Origin: Candidatus Magasanikbacteria bacterium RIFCSPHIGHO2_02_FULL_48_18
Lineage (GTDB): Bacteria; Patescibacteriota; Patescibacteriia; Magasanikbacterales; UBA922
Direction of reading: 5' to 3'
DNA: 64,000 nucleotides
Assembly (NCBI GenBank): GCA_001784285.1
Contig: MFQC01000011.1
Location: 67,640 to 131,639 of the forward strand
Shown here: in pieces, positions 28,967 through 37,095 of the stretch
Position numbering within the stretch: the stretch's first letter is position 1
Layout: each line of letters begins with the position of its first letter
Program-made: the position numbers and the translations under genes
Notes under the pieces: model-generated
Told to the model about the DNA's origin: nothing
Databases searched by the model: none
What the model saw: the letters and a program-made list of their open reading frames with translations, nothing else

Positions 28967-29128
28967 ATGGCACGCATGTGTTCTTCTTGCGGGAAAAAGT
29001 CAACCAAAGGCGCATCCCGAAGTCATTCTAAAATAAAAACTATCAAACGTCAAAACATCAACCTCCAAAAAATTGGCGGAAAGCTCCTGTGTTCGACCTG
29101 TGCCAGGACTATGATGAAAAAGGCGTAA
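28967..29128 (+). CDS. rpmB: 50S ribosomal protein L28
   Basis: MARMCSSCGKKSTKGASRSHSKIKTIKRQ fits the L28 N-terminal pattern (M.R.C..CGK....G...SHS). Confidence 0.7.
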   Translation: MARMCSSCGKKSTKGASRSHSKIKTIKRQNINLQKIGGKLLCSTCARTMMKKA

Positions 29129-29154
29129 GAACACAAAAATGGGGCACTGCTTCT

Positions 29155-30477
29155 TCACGATGAAAGGTACTGCGTAATCGCCCCCGCTAACCGTTCATAC
29201 GTATCTTTCCGTTTCGCGTCGTCGCGCTCGAGTGTGGTCAATCGAAACCCATAATGCGGCGAATAAAATCCGGTTGCCGGAACGACGCAAATACCGGTCG
29301 CTCCCAAAAGATAGTAGGTAAACCGCTGATCCAACGGAAAATCCGAACGATTGACCGCTGACTCGATAAACGTTCGCACCGCGTCGTTTTCAATTGGAAG
29401 CGTTTGCCGATTGTTCAATACGCCTTCTTCAAACAGCGGCATCATATAAAATGCGCCATCCGTGCGATTGACCCGCATGCCCGGCACGCGAGAGAGTGTT
29501 TCCGCGATAAAATTGCCGTTTTTTTCAAGCTCCTGATTGTAGCCTGCAATCCATGCGGAAAATTCGGGATGGTCATACACGGCCCGAACAATAAATTGCG
29601 GCAAACTGGTCGAGCAGACTTCCATAAGAATGCGTTGCCGCAACGCGTCAGCATACGCGCGATATTCAGAATCAAGATCAATATCGTGAAATTCAATCCA
29701 TCCGCACCGTCCGCCGGGCCACGGGAGATCTTTGGACAGTCCCCGCAACACCACAAGAGGCACCCGGCCCGCGGCAATGTCCACAATATGCGTATGATGT
29801 TTGCCGTTGTACACCATCCGAAAATACACCTCGTCAGAAATGATGAATAAATTATATTTTTGCGCAAGAAGGACAATCTGCTCCAGCGTTTCTTTTTCAT
29901 ACACCGCGCCGGTTGGGTTGTTTGGGTTAATCAAAAGAATCGCGCCAACATCCGGATGCGCCACAATTTGCTGTTCGAGGTGTGCCATGTCCGGTTGCCA
30001 TCCATTGCGCGGATCAAGATGATAAGAAATTGGATCTTGTTTTTGAAAAAATGATTCCATGGATGAATGGGTGGGGTAACTTGGCGCCGGCTGTACCACA
30101 CGAAACCCTTGCGGTAGCATTTCATACACAAGCGCAATTGCCGATCCAAGGCCGCTCGTGAACAAGACGTATTCATAATCCAAGTTGGAGGAAGGACACA
30201 TTTTTTTTGCATGATCCACCACCCACTTGCGCACATCCGGCAATCCGCGAGAATGAGAATAGCCAAACACCTTGTCGCCCGGCCGCTGAATTTCTTGCAC
30301 AATGGCCTCTTTAAGAAAGGGAGGAACGGTCCAGCTTTTTGCGATTGGATCTCCGATATTTTCCATGACAAAAAATTTGGCAGGGTCAATCTCTTTCAAT
30401 TTTTGCACGACATCCACAATCTCACGAATTTGATATTTCAAAAAATGAACCTCCGGGTTATTGAGTGGCTGTCTCAT
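29155..30477 (-). CDS. pyridoxal-phosphate-dependent aminotransferase, class I/II (alanine/aspartate aminotransferase-like)
   Basis: 440 aa; NPNNPTGAVY; LSKDLPWPGGRCGW PLP-lysine region. Confidence 0.8.
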   Translation of the reverse strand: MRQPLNNPEVHFLKYQIREIVDVVQKLKEIDPAKFFVMENIGDPIAKSWTVPPFLKEAIVQEIQRPGDKVFGYSHSRGLPDVRKWVVDHAKKMCPSSNLDYEYVLFTSGLGSAIALVYEMLPQGFRVVQPAPSYPTHSSMESFFQKQDPISYHLDPRNGWQPDMAHLEQQIVAHPDVGAILLINPNNPTGAVYEKETLEQIVLLAQKYNLFIISDEVYFRMVYNGKHHTHIVDIAAGRVPLVVLRGLSKDLPWPGGRCGWIEFHDIDLDSEYRAYADALRQRILMEVCSTSLPQFIVRAVYDHPEFSAWIAGYNQELEKNGNFIAETLSRVPGMRVNRTDGAFYMMPLFEEGVLNNRQTLPIENDAVRTFIESAVNRSDFPLDQRFTYYLLGATGICVVPATGFYSPHYGFRLTTLERDDAKRKDTYERLAGAITQYLSS

Positions 30478-32114
30478 ACCGCGTAAAAAACAAAAAATAA
30501 CATGCAGGCCAAGTAACCGTAAAAAAAATAAAATAACAAACGCTCTTCAAATGGTTTTCTCAAGAGCGCCCAATAAAAAAGAACGGCAAAAAGAAAACAA
30601 AATCCTACGCCCCATAGGGTACCAATAAATAACGACGAAAGCAACACGCCAAGCGCGATAAAGATCCCGATGATTCTTTTTCCTCTCTCCAAGCCAAAGA
30701 GGACAGGAATGGTGATAATCCCCGCGCTTTTATCCCCTGCCACGTCTTTGATATCTTTTACATGAACCGCCAGGACAAGGATCCCAAAGAGGAGCCAAAA
30801 AACCGATGCCGGAAAAATGCGAAGGCGTTGCACCGGTGAAACCGCAAAAAATCCGGCAAGCACCGCAACGACGCCATTAAACGCCACAAACACATTATTC
30901 AATAAAAAATATTTTTTTATGCGAAATGGCGGCGAAGAATAGAGATAATAAACCACTTGAAACACCAATGAAAAAATAAAAAACAGATAATTGATAAGAA
31001 GCGACCCCGCGACCAAAAAACCAAATAATCCCCACGTAATCCATTGCTGTTCCATCTTTGTTATCTGGCCCGAAACAAAAGGACGATCCGGGTTCGCAAT
31101 TCTGTCGGTGTCATAATCGGCAATATCATTAATGCCAACCGCAACCCAAAAGTTTATGGCCATAAGAAAGAAAACCATCGCAATCGCCATGATATCAATA
31201 CCATTCCATGAAACACGATGAAACAGAAGAGCGGCAATCACGATACCCGTGCCTGTCCATCCTATATAATAGACAATTCTCTCCAGACGAAGATTGGTCT
31301 TCCACACGGCAAAGAGCCGCGGGCGCACCAAGCGACACACCACCGCCGCCTGTATGAAAAAAACAATCCACCACACACGGGCAAAAAATATATTAAACTG
31401 GTGTTCAAAGAGCAAGACAGCATCGAGAGGAAGCGGAGACGGCGTATGAATGGTGGAGAGCAGACTTGAAGCAAACCACGAGTGAAGAACATCCGATACA
31501 TCGGAAAACACAGAAACATCGCCAAACACAAGCGCGATAATACTGGGAAAAGAAAAATATAAAAAAAAGACGCCATACACCGACAATATCGCGGCCGCCA
31601 CGCGCCACAAACGGTTGGAAAACACCCACGCCAAAAAACCCACGCACAAAAGCACCACGACGACTTCGATGCGGATGCCGAGGGTAATTCCCGGTTCAAA
31701 CCACGGGCCAAAAAAAGTAAAAAAACTTCGAACCAATTCCGGCCCGGTTTGAAACAGGTACGCCTGGCCCCACCCTCTCCCGGCCGTATACAGCAAATCA
31801 ATCCAGGGCGGCAAGAGAATAAGCGGAAAAAGAAAAACCCATGCTTTGAGCAACAGGGGAAGCGCGATCCTGGTATAGGCGTGAACCGCCAAAATCAACG
31901 AAAAAGAAATCGCCAGATAAAAAAGCGGATAATGAAGAAAGGTGGTGAGCCACGACGTATACATGCCGGACGCATGAGGACTGGAATAATTTTCAAAAAA
32001 AACGCGCAAAAATATCACACCGGCGATAGATCCAATATATTGGAGAGGGACCACGCGGACGCGCTCAAGATAACGAACAAAAACAAAAAATCTTTGCCAC
32101 ATATTTTGAAACAT
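30474..32114 (-). CDS. UbiA-family polyprenyl-phosphate transferase fused to a large N-terminal polytopic membrane domain
   Basis: C-terminal half contains NDIADYDTDRIANPDRPFVSG (first Asp-rich UbiA motif) and KDIKDVAGD (second); N-terminal ~270 aa hydrophobic domain; ATGA overlap with the aminotransferase start. Confidence 0.65.
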   Translation of the reverse strand: MFQNMWQRFFVFVRYLERVRVVPLQYIGSIAGVIFLRVFFENYSSPHASGMYTSWLTTFLHYPLFYLAISFSLILAVHAYTRIALPLLLKAWVFLFPLILLPPWIDLLYTAGRGWGQAYLFQTGPELVRSFFTFFGPWFEPGITLGIRIEVVVVLLCVGFLAWVFSNRLWRVAAAILSVYGVFFLYFSFPSIIALVFGDVSVFSDVSDVLHSWFASSLLSTIHTPSPLPLDAVLLFEHQFNIFFARVWWIVFFIQAAVVCRLVRPRLFAVWKTNLRLERIVYYIGWTGTGIVIAALLFHRVSWNGIDIMAIAMVFFLMAINFWVAVGINDIADYDTDRIANPDRPFVSGQITKMEQQWITWGLFGFLVAGSLLINYLFFIFSLVFQVVYYLYSSPPFRIKKYFLLNNVFVAFNGVVAVLAGFFAVSPVQRLRIFPASVFWLLFGILVLAVHVKDIKDVAGDKSAGIITIPVLFGLERGKRIIGIFIALGVLLSSLFIGTLWGVGFCFLFAVLFYWALLRKPFEERLLFYFFYGYLACMLFFVFYAV

Positions 32115-32148
32115 GCTGTTATTCTTTTTTTGGTAAGGTTTTTATATG

Positions 32149-33294
32149 TTATGGATTGCGCGACTCAAAAGAAGGCCGGGCGTGGTACCACCATGCGGCA
32201 AGCATGGTCGTGATCGGAACGGCAAAAATAAGAGTAATACTCCCGACCAAAATCCGGATGACTTCTTCCAAAATGATTTCGCTATTTAATGTAACCCACA
32301 AAGGTCGCTCATAGATGTAAAAAAGGAGCAAGAGAGGAAACGACGCGCCCGTATACGCCAGCGCAAGGGTGTTGACCAAAGAAACAATATGCTCACGGCC
32401 AACCGATAATCCGCGCTGATACAATTCGGTAAATCCAAGCGACGTATTTGCACGATGAATTTCTTCGACCGTTGCCGCCTGAGCGGTGGTCACATCGTCC
32501 AAAACGCCGAGGACGCCAAGCATGATCCCAGCCAGAAGAATGCCTCGAAGGTCAATATGCTCAATGGGAGCAAATTGCAGAAAAAATGCCTCTTCTGTCC
32601 CAAAACCAAACAGATGCGACGCCCGCACAAAGAGAGTTGCAAAAAGAAACGATAAACCAATGGTGATAAGCGTGCTCACAAATGCAATCGAGGTCCGCAT
32701 GCGAAATCCATGAGCGATATATAAAGAAATAGTTGCAATAAGAAGCACGCCCACCATGCTCGCCAAGACCGGACTCGACCCTCCCACAATCTTTTCAACA
32801 ATAACAAAAAAAAGAAGAAAGAAACTGATCGCAAGGCCGAGAAACGCACGAATGCCTTGCCACCGAGCAAAATACACGGTCAGGAGAAAAAACACTCCCA
32901 CAATCCACCACACCGCATTGAGGCGGTACACATCGCTTACATAAAATAATGGCTCCCCATCAATAGGGATTTGTTTTCCAATGACCAAACGACGACCAGG
33001 AAGAAGTTTTCGCGCCTCAATGTTGTTTTCATGCACCTCATACGGCAAAGAAAGACGTTTGCCGATATCCGGCCCGCTTGTTACTTCAACAGAGAGATAT
33101 TGGATAAACAAAGGCGCGCCAAATTCGTCTTGTATTTCTTCTTTTTCAACCGCAATCACTTTTCCTTTATAAAATTCATCCTCAACCAGGCGAGGGGCCT
33201 CCCCATTGTCTTCTTGCGCAAAAAAAACAGCCGGGTAAAAAAACAACCCCATAGAGAAAATAACAAAGAATACGCGAAAGGCAACAAATTTCAT
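32149..33294 (-). CDS. YibE/F-like integral membrane protein
   Basis: signal-like N-terminus, periplasmic domain, then about 7 TM helices with Gly-rich GILLAGIMLGVLGVLDDVTTAQA block typical of YibE/F. Confidence 0.5.
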   Translation of the reverse strand: MKFVAFRVFFVIFSMGLFFYPAVFFAQEDNGEAPRLVEDEFYKGKVIAVEKEEIQDEFGAPLFIQYLSVEVTSGPDIGKRLSLPYEVHENNIEARKLLPGRRLVIGKQIPIDGEPLFYVSDVYRLNAVWWIVGVFFLLTVYFARWQGIRAFLGLAISFFLLFFVIVEKIVGGSSPVLASMVGVLLIATISLYIAHGFRMRTSIAFVSTLITIGLSFLFATLFVRASHLFGFGTEEAFFLQFAPIEHIDLRGILLAGIMLGVLGVLDDVTTAQAATVEEIHRANTSLGFTELYQRGLSVGREHIVSLVNTLALAYTGASFPLLLLFYIYERPLWVTLNSEIILEEVIRILVGSITLIFAVPITTMLAAWWYHARPSFESRNP

Positions 33295-33307
33295 GACAAT
33301 TATTAAG

Positions 33308-33380
33308 TTGGTCGGGGTAACACGACTTGAACGTGCGGCCTCCCCGATTGCGATCGGGGCGCGCTACCAAGTAACAATAG
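33308..33380 (-). pseudogene. tRNA-like fragment: T-arm, acceptor 3' strand and encoded CCA present, 5' acceptor and D-stem absent; contains the perfect palindrome CCCCGATCGCAATCGGGG
   Basis: minus strand ...TTGGTAGCGCGCCCCGATCGCAATCGGGGAGGCCGCACGTTCAAGTCGTGTTACCCCGACCA; T-arm is 27/29 identical to tRNA-Pro(GGG), but no 5' acceptor strand complementary to TACCCCG is present. Confidence 0.35.
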
Positions 33381-33381
33381 G

Positions 33382-33454
33382 TCGGGCTAGGCAGACTCGA
33401 ACTGCCGGCCTCATCGTCCCGAACGATGCGCGCTACCAACTGCGCTATAGCCCG
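33382..33454 (-). tRNA. tRNA-Pro (anticodon CGG)
   Basis: cloverleaf folded by hand: acceptor CGGGCTA/TAGCCCG, D GCGC/GCGC, anticodon stem CATCG/CGATG, loop TTCGGGA, T-arm GGCAG-TTCGAGT-CTGCC; no encoded CCA. Confidence 0.85.
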
Positions 33455-33458
33455 ATTG

Positions 33459-33531
33459 TCGGGGTGACACGGCTTGAACGTGCGACCTCATGACCCCCAG
33501 CCATGCGCTCTACCAACTGAGCTACACCCCG
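33459..33531 (-). tRNA. tRNA-Pro (anticodon GGG)
   Basis: acceptor CGGGGTG/CACCCCG, D GCTC/GAGC, anticodon stem CATGG/TCATG, loop CTGGGGG, T-arm GCACG-TTCAAGC-CGTGT; no encoded CCA. Confidence 0.85.
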
Positions 33532-33546
33532 TTGTACGACAATTGT

Positions 33547-33584
33547 CCGCCAGGATTGTACCAACAATCCGGACAAAAAACAAC
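33547..33584 (-). promoter_or_regulatory. candidate sigma70-type promoter of the tRNA-Pro cluster
   Basis: minus strand TTGTTT, 17-nt spacer, TACAAT, ending about 15 nt upstream of the tRNA-Pro(GGG) 5' end. Confidence 0.45.
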
Positions 33585-33912
33585 CCTTACGGGCTGTATC
33601 TGTCCGGTAAAAACCGAGAAGACCCTTGGGTAGAACAGCGCTATCACCATCCCTGAATATCGAAGTGGGTAACCGCAAGACATATTTCCGGACAAACCAG
33701 CAAATATGCCATAATATGAGTTTCCCTATGATGATAGTTGTAGAATGAGATATTGCTGTTCTCAAGGATCCAATGCCAGTATATACCAATCAAAAATTCG
33801 TTGTCAATCATCCACTCTATACGCAACCCGTGTTTCGCAGAGAGCGGAAGTCCTTTTGCATGCCCCCCGAATCAAGCCTCCTCGCTCGATCATGCAAAAG
33901 TGCTTCCTCCTT

Positions 33913-34089
33913 TTATCGGGAGACAGATCGCCGGACCTTCCGGCTGTCCGTCTCTCCGGATTCTTTTTTTGCCCTCTGTGCGGCGGTTCCCGTCTTTTTG
34001 TCGTGACGGGAAAAACCGCACTCCGGACAAATATCTCCATTCTTTTTTTTGAATGCCCACTCACAGCGCGGGCAAAACTTTTCGCACAT
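33913..34089 (-). CDS. small zinc-ribbon protein (FmdB-like CxxC...CPxCG), 58 aa
   Basis: MCEKFCPRCEWAFKKKNGDICPECGF...; preceded by GGAGGAGGAG 4 nt upstream of the ATG, the only strong Shine-Dalgarno noticed in the window. Confidence 0.5.
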   Translation of the reverse strand: MCEKFCPRCEWAFKKKNGDICPECGFSRHDKKTGTAAQRAKKESGETDSRKVRRSVSR

Positions 34090-34159
34090 AGCTCCTCCTC
34101 CGAGGTCGAAAGAAAAACGAAACCGTTCATTTCCCTTTTTTATCTGAGGAAGTAAAATT

Positions 34160-34275
34160 CTTATGGAGCCCACCCCGCTGAGCGGGGTGGTACCAGTTGC
34201 CACCGCCCCGTGGGGCGGAATCCGCCAACCCACCGACTCCACGGCTGAAACCGTGGTATCATTTGGTGGATGAAA
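34160..34275. repeat. copy 2 of the ~115-nt multi-hairpin repeated element
   Basis: collinear with 20855..20970 and shares the same four helices; lies 70 nt upstream (minus sense) of the zinc-ribbon gene. Confidence 0.5.
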
Positions 34276-34282
34276 CAAAACA

Positions 34283-34315
34283 CCCCGCTGATGTTGGGGT
34301 GTTTACTCTTTTGTT
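34283..34315 (+). terminator. terminator-like hairpin plus T-tract following repeat copy 2 on the plus strand
   Basis: ACACCCC-GCTGATGTT-GGGGTGT followed by TTACTCTTTTGTTGG; the stem sequence echoes hairpin 1 of the repeat (CACCCCGCTGA). Confidence 0.35.
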
Positions 34316-34622
34316 GGATGATGTTGCAGATTATTTTTTGCATTCGCATTCGCATTCTCCGCCACAGGCTCCTCCTCCGCAACAATGATCATCTTCTTCC
34401 TCTTCGGATTCTGACTCTTTTGAGTAAACAACCCCGTTTGGGTGTGTGGTATAGGTAAAAGCATTTGGGCATACCACAACATTCCCCAAAAAAAAGAGGG
34501 GGTTGAGAATGGTTTGAATGTATTGTTTCACCAGCGAGATCATAGAAAAAAGAATGGCTGTATAGTTGAATCTACTCTACGCGACAAAGACAAAACGGTC
34601 AAGGGCCTTATCCACAAGGAAT

Positions 34623-35102
34623 TTATGCCAGTTCGTCTTCCATATACACATGGAGCCACTCTGTTTTGTCGTACTCAAACAGTTCGTTTGGTTCAAAAAA
34701 TCGTGTTACTTCTTGCCGCGCAGTCTCGACAGAATCGGAACAATGAACCACATTGCACATACCCATGGCAAGATCTCCCCGAATGGTTCCCGCGTCTGCC
34801 TTGGCGGCATTTGTCACGCCGGAAATAAGACGAACCGCGGCAACGGCGTCTTTTCCTTCGGCGCATATCACAACGACCGGGCTTGATTGCATAAACACCT
34901 GAAGCCCCGAATAAAATGGTTTTTCCACATGATGTGCATAATGCTCGCGAAGCTTTTCTTCGCTCAAAAGCACCATTTTAAGGCCGACAACTTTCATGCC
35001 TTTCATTTCGAGCCGTTTTATAACTTCTCCAACCAAACCGCGCTGGACGCCGTCCGGTTTGACAATGAGAATAGTTTTTTCGTAGACGCCCTCAAAATTC
35101 AT
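34623..35102 (-). CDS. ndk: nucleoside diphosphate kinase
   Basis: TILIVKPDGVQRGLVGEVIKRLE...NVVHCSDS (active-site His region); 159 aa. Confidence 0.92.
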   Translation of the reverse strand: MNFEGVYEKTILIVKPDGVQRGLVGEVIKRLEMKGMKVVGLKMVLLSEEKLREHYAHHVEKPFYSGLQVFMQSSPVVVICAEGKDAVAAVRLISGVTNAAKADAGTIRGDLAMGMCNVVHCSDSVETARQEVTRFFEPNELFEYDKTEWLHVYMEDELA

Positions 35103-35158
35103 ACGAAAAAGAAGTTAAAAAATAAAATATGATGTCAGTATAGAGGGAAAAAACCCAT

Positions 35159-35443
35159 TTGTCAAGGCATTTTGAGCAACTCTCTATTCTGAATATATTT
35201 GTGATCATGCCGTTGACGTTTTTGGGCGGCGTATTCAATTCTATTTCCATGTTGCCAGAAACCGCCCAAACGTTTGCCCGATTTAATCCTTTCTTCTATT
35301 TTGTCGATGGCCTGCGGTACTCCATGATTGGCATTCAAGAAGCCAACCTCTGGGTAGGAGTCGGCATAATCATCGGACTCATTCTCGTGTTTGGCGCCTG
35401 GGTCTGGTATCTGTTTCACATTGGGTGGCGCTTGCGGGCATGA
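35159..35443 (+). pseudogene. C-terminal fragment (94 aa) of an ABC-2-type transporter permease
   Basis: FNPFFYFVDGLRY and two C-terminal TM helices match the last third of ABC-2 permeases; no N-terminal 160 aa and no ATPase gene nearby. Confidence 0.4.
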
Positions 35444-35539
35444 ATATGGAGCCTATCAAAATCGTGAAAAAGTAAGAAATAATTATATTTTTCACGGTTT
35501 TATTGACAAAATCGTAAAAAAAATATATGCTAAAAACAT

Positions 35540-36412
35540 ATGGCAAAAATACCTGCTATCTATAGAAAAATTAACTCACTACGCGAGCGATATTGGGCGG
35601 TGTCTGTAGGCAAGGAGGCTCTTTTGACGTTGCTCTCTGAAGCCGAAGTGCCAGAGCAGGTGTATAATTCCAATGCGATTGAAAATAGCACTCTGACACT
35701 TGAGGAAACGGAAAAAATATTGCTCCAGATCGATCTCGATCGTTATATTTCAGAGCGGGAAATTTTTGAAGCAAAAAATCTCGCCCGTGTGGTTTTGTAT
35801 ATCAATACAAAAGCAAAAGAACAAGAATTCACGATCGATCGGATACTCTTGCTCCACAAAATGCTCATGGGAAATATTCGAGAAGAAATAGCCGGACGAT
35901 TTCGAAAAGACGGCGAATGGGTGCGTGTTGGTAGTTATATCGCAGTTGATCCCCAAAAAATTACTGAGAGGCTGGAAAACATGTTTGCAAAGTATCAGGC
36001 GACCAGCCCCGCACACATCATCAAACGAATCGCCGAATTACATCTTACGTTTGAATATATTCATCCATTTGTTGATGGCAATGGACGAATTGGTCGGGTA
36101 ATCAATAATTATTTTTTGATTCGCGAAGGATTTGTGCCAATCAATATTAAGTTTATAGATCGCAAACAGTATTATGAAGCATTCAAAGAATTTGACACTA
36201 GTGGAGCAACACGCATTATGGAAGAGATTGTTGGAAAAGCCTTAACCAATAGTTACCACAAGCGATTGGCATATCTTGAAGGAAAGAAAATCGTGAGTCT
36301 GAAAGAATTTGCCACGGTGAAAAAAATGTCACATTCTAACGCAATCAATAAAGCCAATCGACAAACCCTTGAAGCGTTTCTAGAAAAAGATGAGTGGAAG
36401 ATTGGATTGTGA
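35540..36412 (+). CDS. Fic-family protein (AMPylator-type) with an intrinsic N-terminal inhibitory helix
   Basis: canonical HPFVDGNGRIGR Fic motif; SNAIEN matches the (S/T)xxxE(G/N) inhibitory motif. Confidence 0.85.
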   Translation: MAKIPAIYRKINSLRERYWAVSVGKEALLTLLSEAEVPEQVYNSNAIENSTLTLEETEKILLQIDLDRYISEREIFEAKNLARVVLYINTKAKEQEFTIDRILLLHKMLMGNIREEIAGRFRKDGEWVRVGSYIAVDPQKITERLENMFAKYQATSPAHIIKRIAELHLTFEYIHPFVDGNGRIGRVINNYFLIREGFVPINIKFIDRKQYYEAFKEFDTSGATRIMEEIVGKALTNSYHKRLAYLEGKKIVSLKEFATVKKMSHSNAINKANRQTLEAFLEKDEWKIGL

Positions 36413-36437
36413 ATAGTCAAAGTTCCACCACCAAGGT

Positions 36438-37076
36438 ATGCATTCCACATTTGAAGAAAAAAATAAAATATTCTTTGATCGTCACGCGGTTCGATACGAC
36501 AATGCGCTCGGCCGTTTTTTCTATTTCGATCATTTATACAAACGAGCGATGGAAATTATAGAAAAATACGTTCAAGAAAAGTTAAGGCAGAGGATACAAG
36601 TCGCCGATATTCCATGTGGCACCGGAGAGATGATCTTTCGACTCGCAAAAAAACATTCTACCTCGCAATTTGTTGGCGTTGATTTGAGCAAAAAAATGAT
36701 TGAAAAAGCAAAACAAAAATGTGCGGAGTTCACAAACACATCATTTCATATTGCCTCCGTAAATGCACTGCCGATTGAAACCGAGAGGATTGACCTTCTT
36801 CTGTGCATGGAAGCCTTTCATCACTTTGAAGATCCACATATAGCTCTTGAAGAGTTCAGACGAGTGATGAAACCAGATGCAACGCTTCTTCTTGTCGATC
36901 CTGCTTTCAACCGACACATCTGGAAACAATTAGCACGGAAAATAGTACGTCCGCTTGAATTCGCGCATGATTATTATTCAACAGATGAACTGCAGACTCT
37001 TCTCACGCAACACAAATTTTCGATAGAATCAAAAGAGGTATATTGGTTAAATTCGTTTGTGACGGCGAAAAAGTAA
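36438..37076 (+). CDS. class I SAM-dependent methyltransferase (Methyltransf_11-like)
   Basis: VADIPCGTGEM motif I, LLLCMEAFHHF, VMKPDATLLL. Confidence 0.7.
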   Translation: MHSTFEEKNKIFFDRHAVRYDNALGRFFYFDHLYKRAMEIIEKYVQEKLRQRIQVADIPCGTGEMIFRLAKKHSTSQFVGVDLSKKMIEKAKQKCAEFTNTSFHIASVNALPIETERIDLLLCMEAFHHFEDPHIALEEFRRVMKPDATLLLVDPAFNRHIWKQLARKIVRPLEFAHDYYSTDELQTLLTQHKFSIESKEVYWLNSFVTAKK

Positions 37077-37095
37077 AAAATCTGTTTGTATCATT

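Noticed and set aside
33308-33380. tRNA-like fragment as a selenocysteine or other non-canonical full-length tRNA
   Set aside because: There is no 5' acceptor strand complementary to TACCCCG and no D-stem partner for GCGC. The candidate anticodon region is a 4-nt-loop palindrome, not a 7-nt loop.
20855-34275. the two repeat copies as a DGR template/variable repeat pair
   Set aside because: Differences between the copies are not adenine-specific (they include C/G, T/C, G/A changes and an indel), neither copy is in a coding region, and no reverse transcriptase is present.
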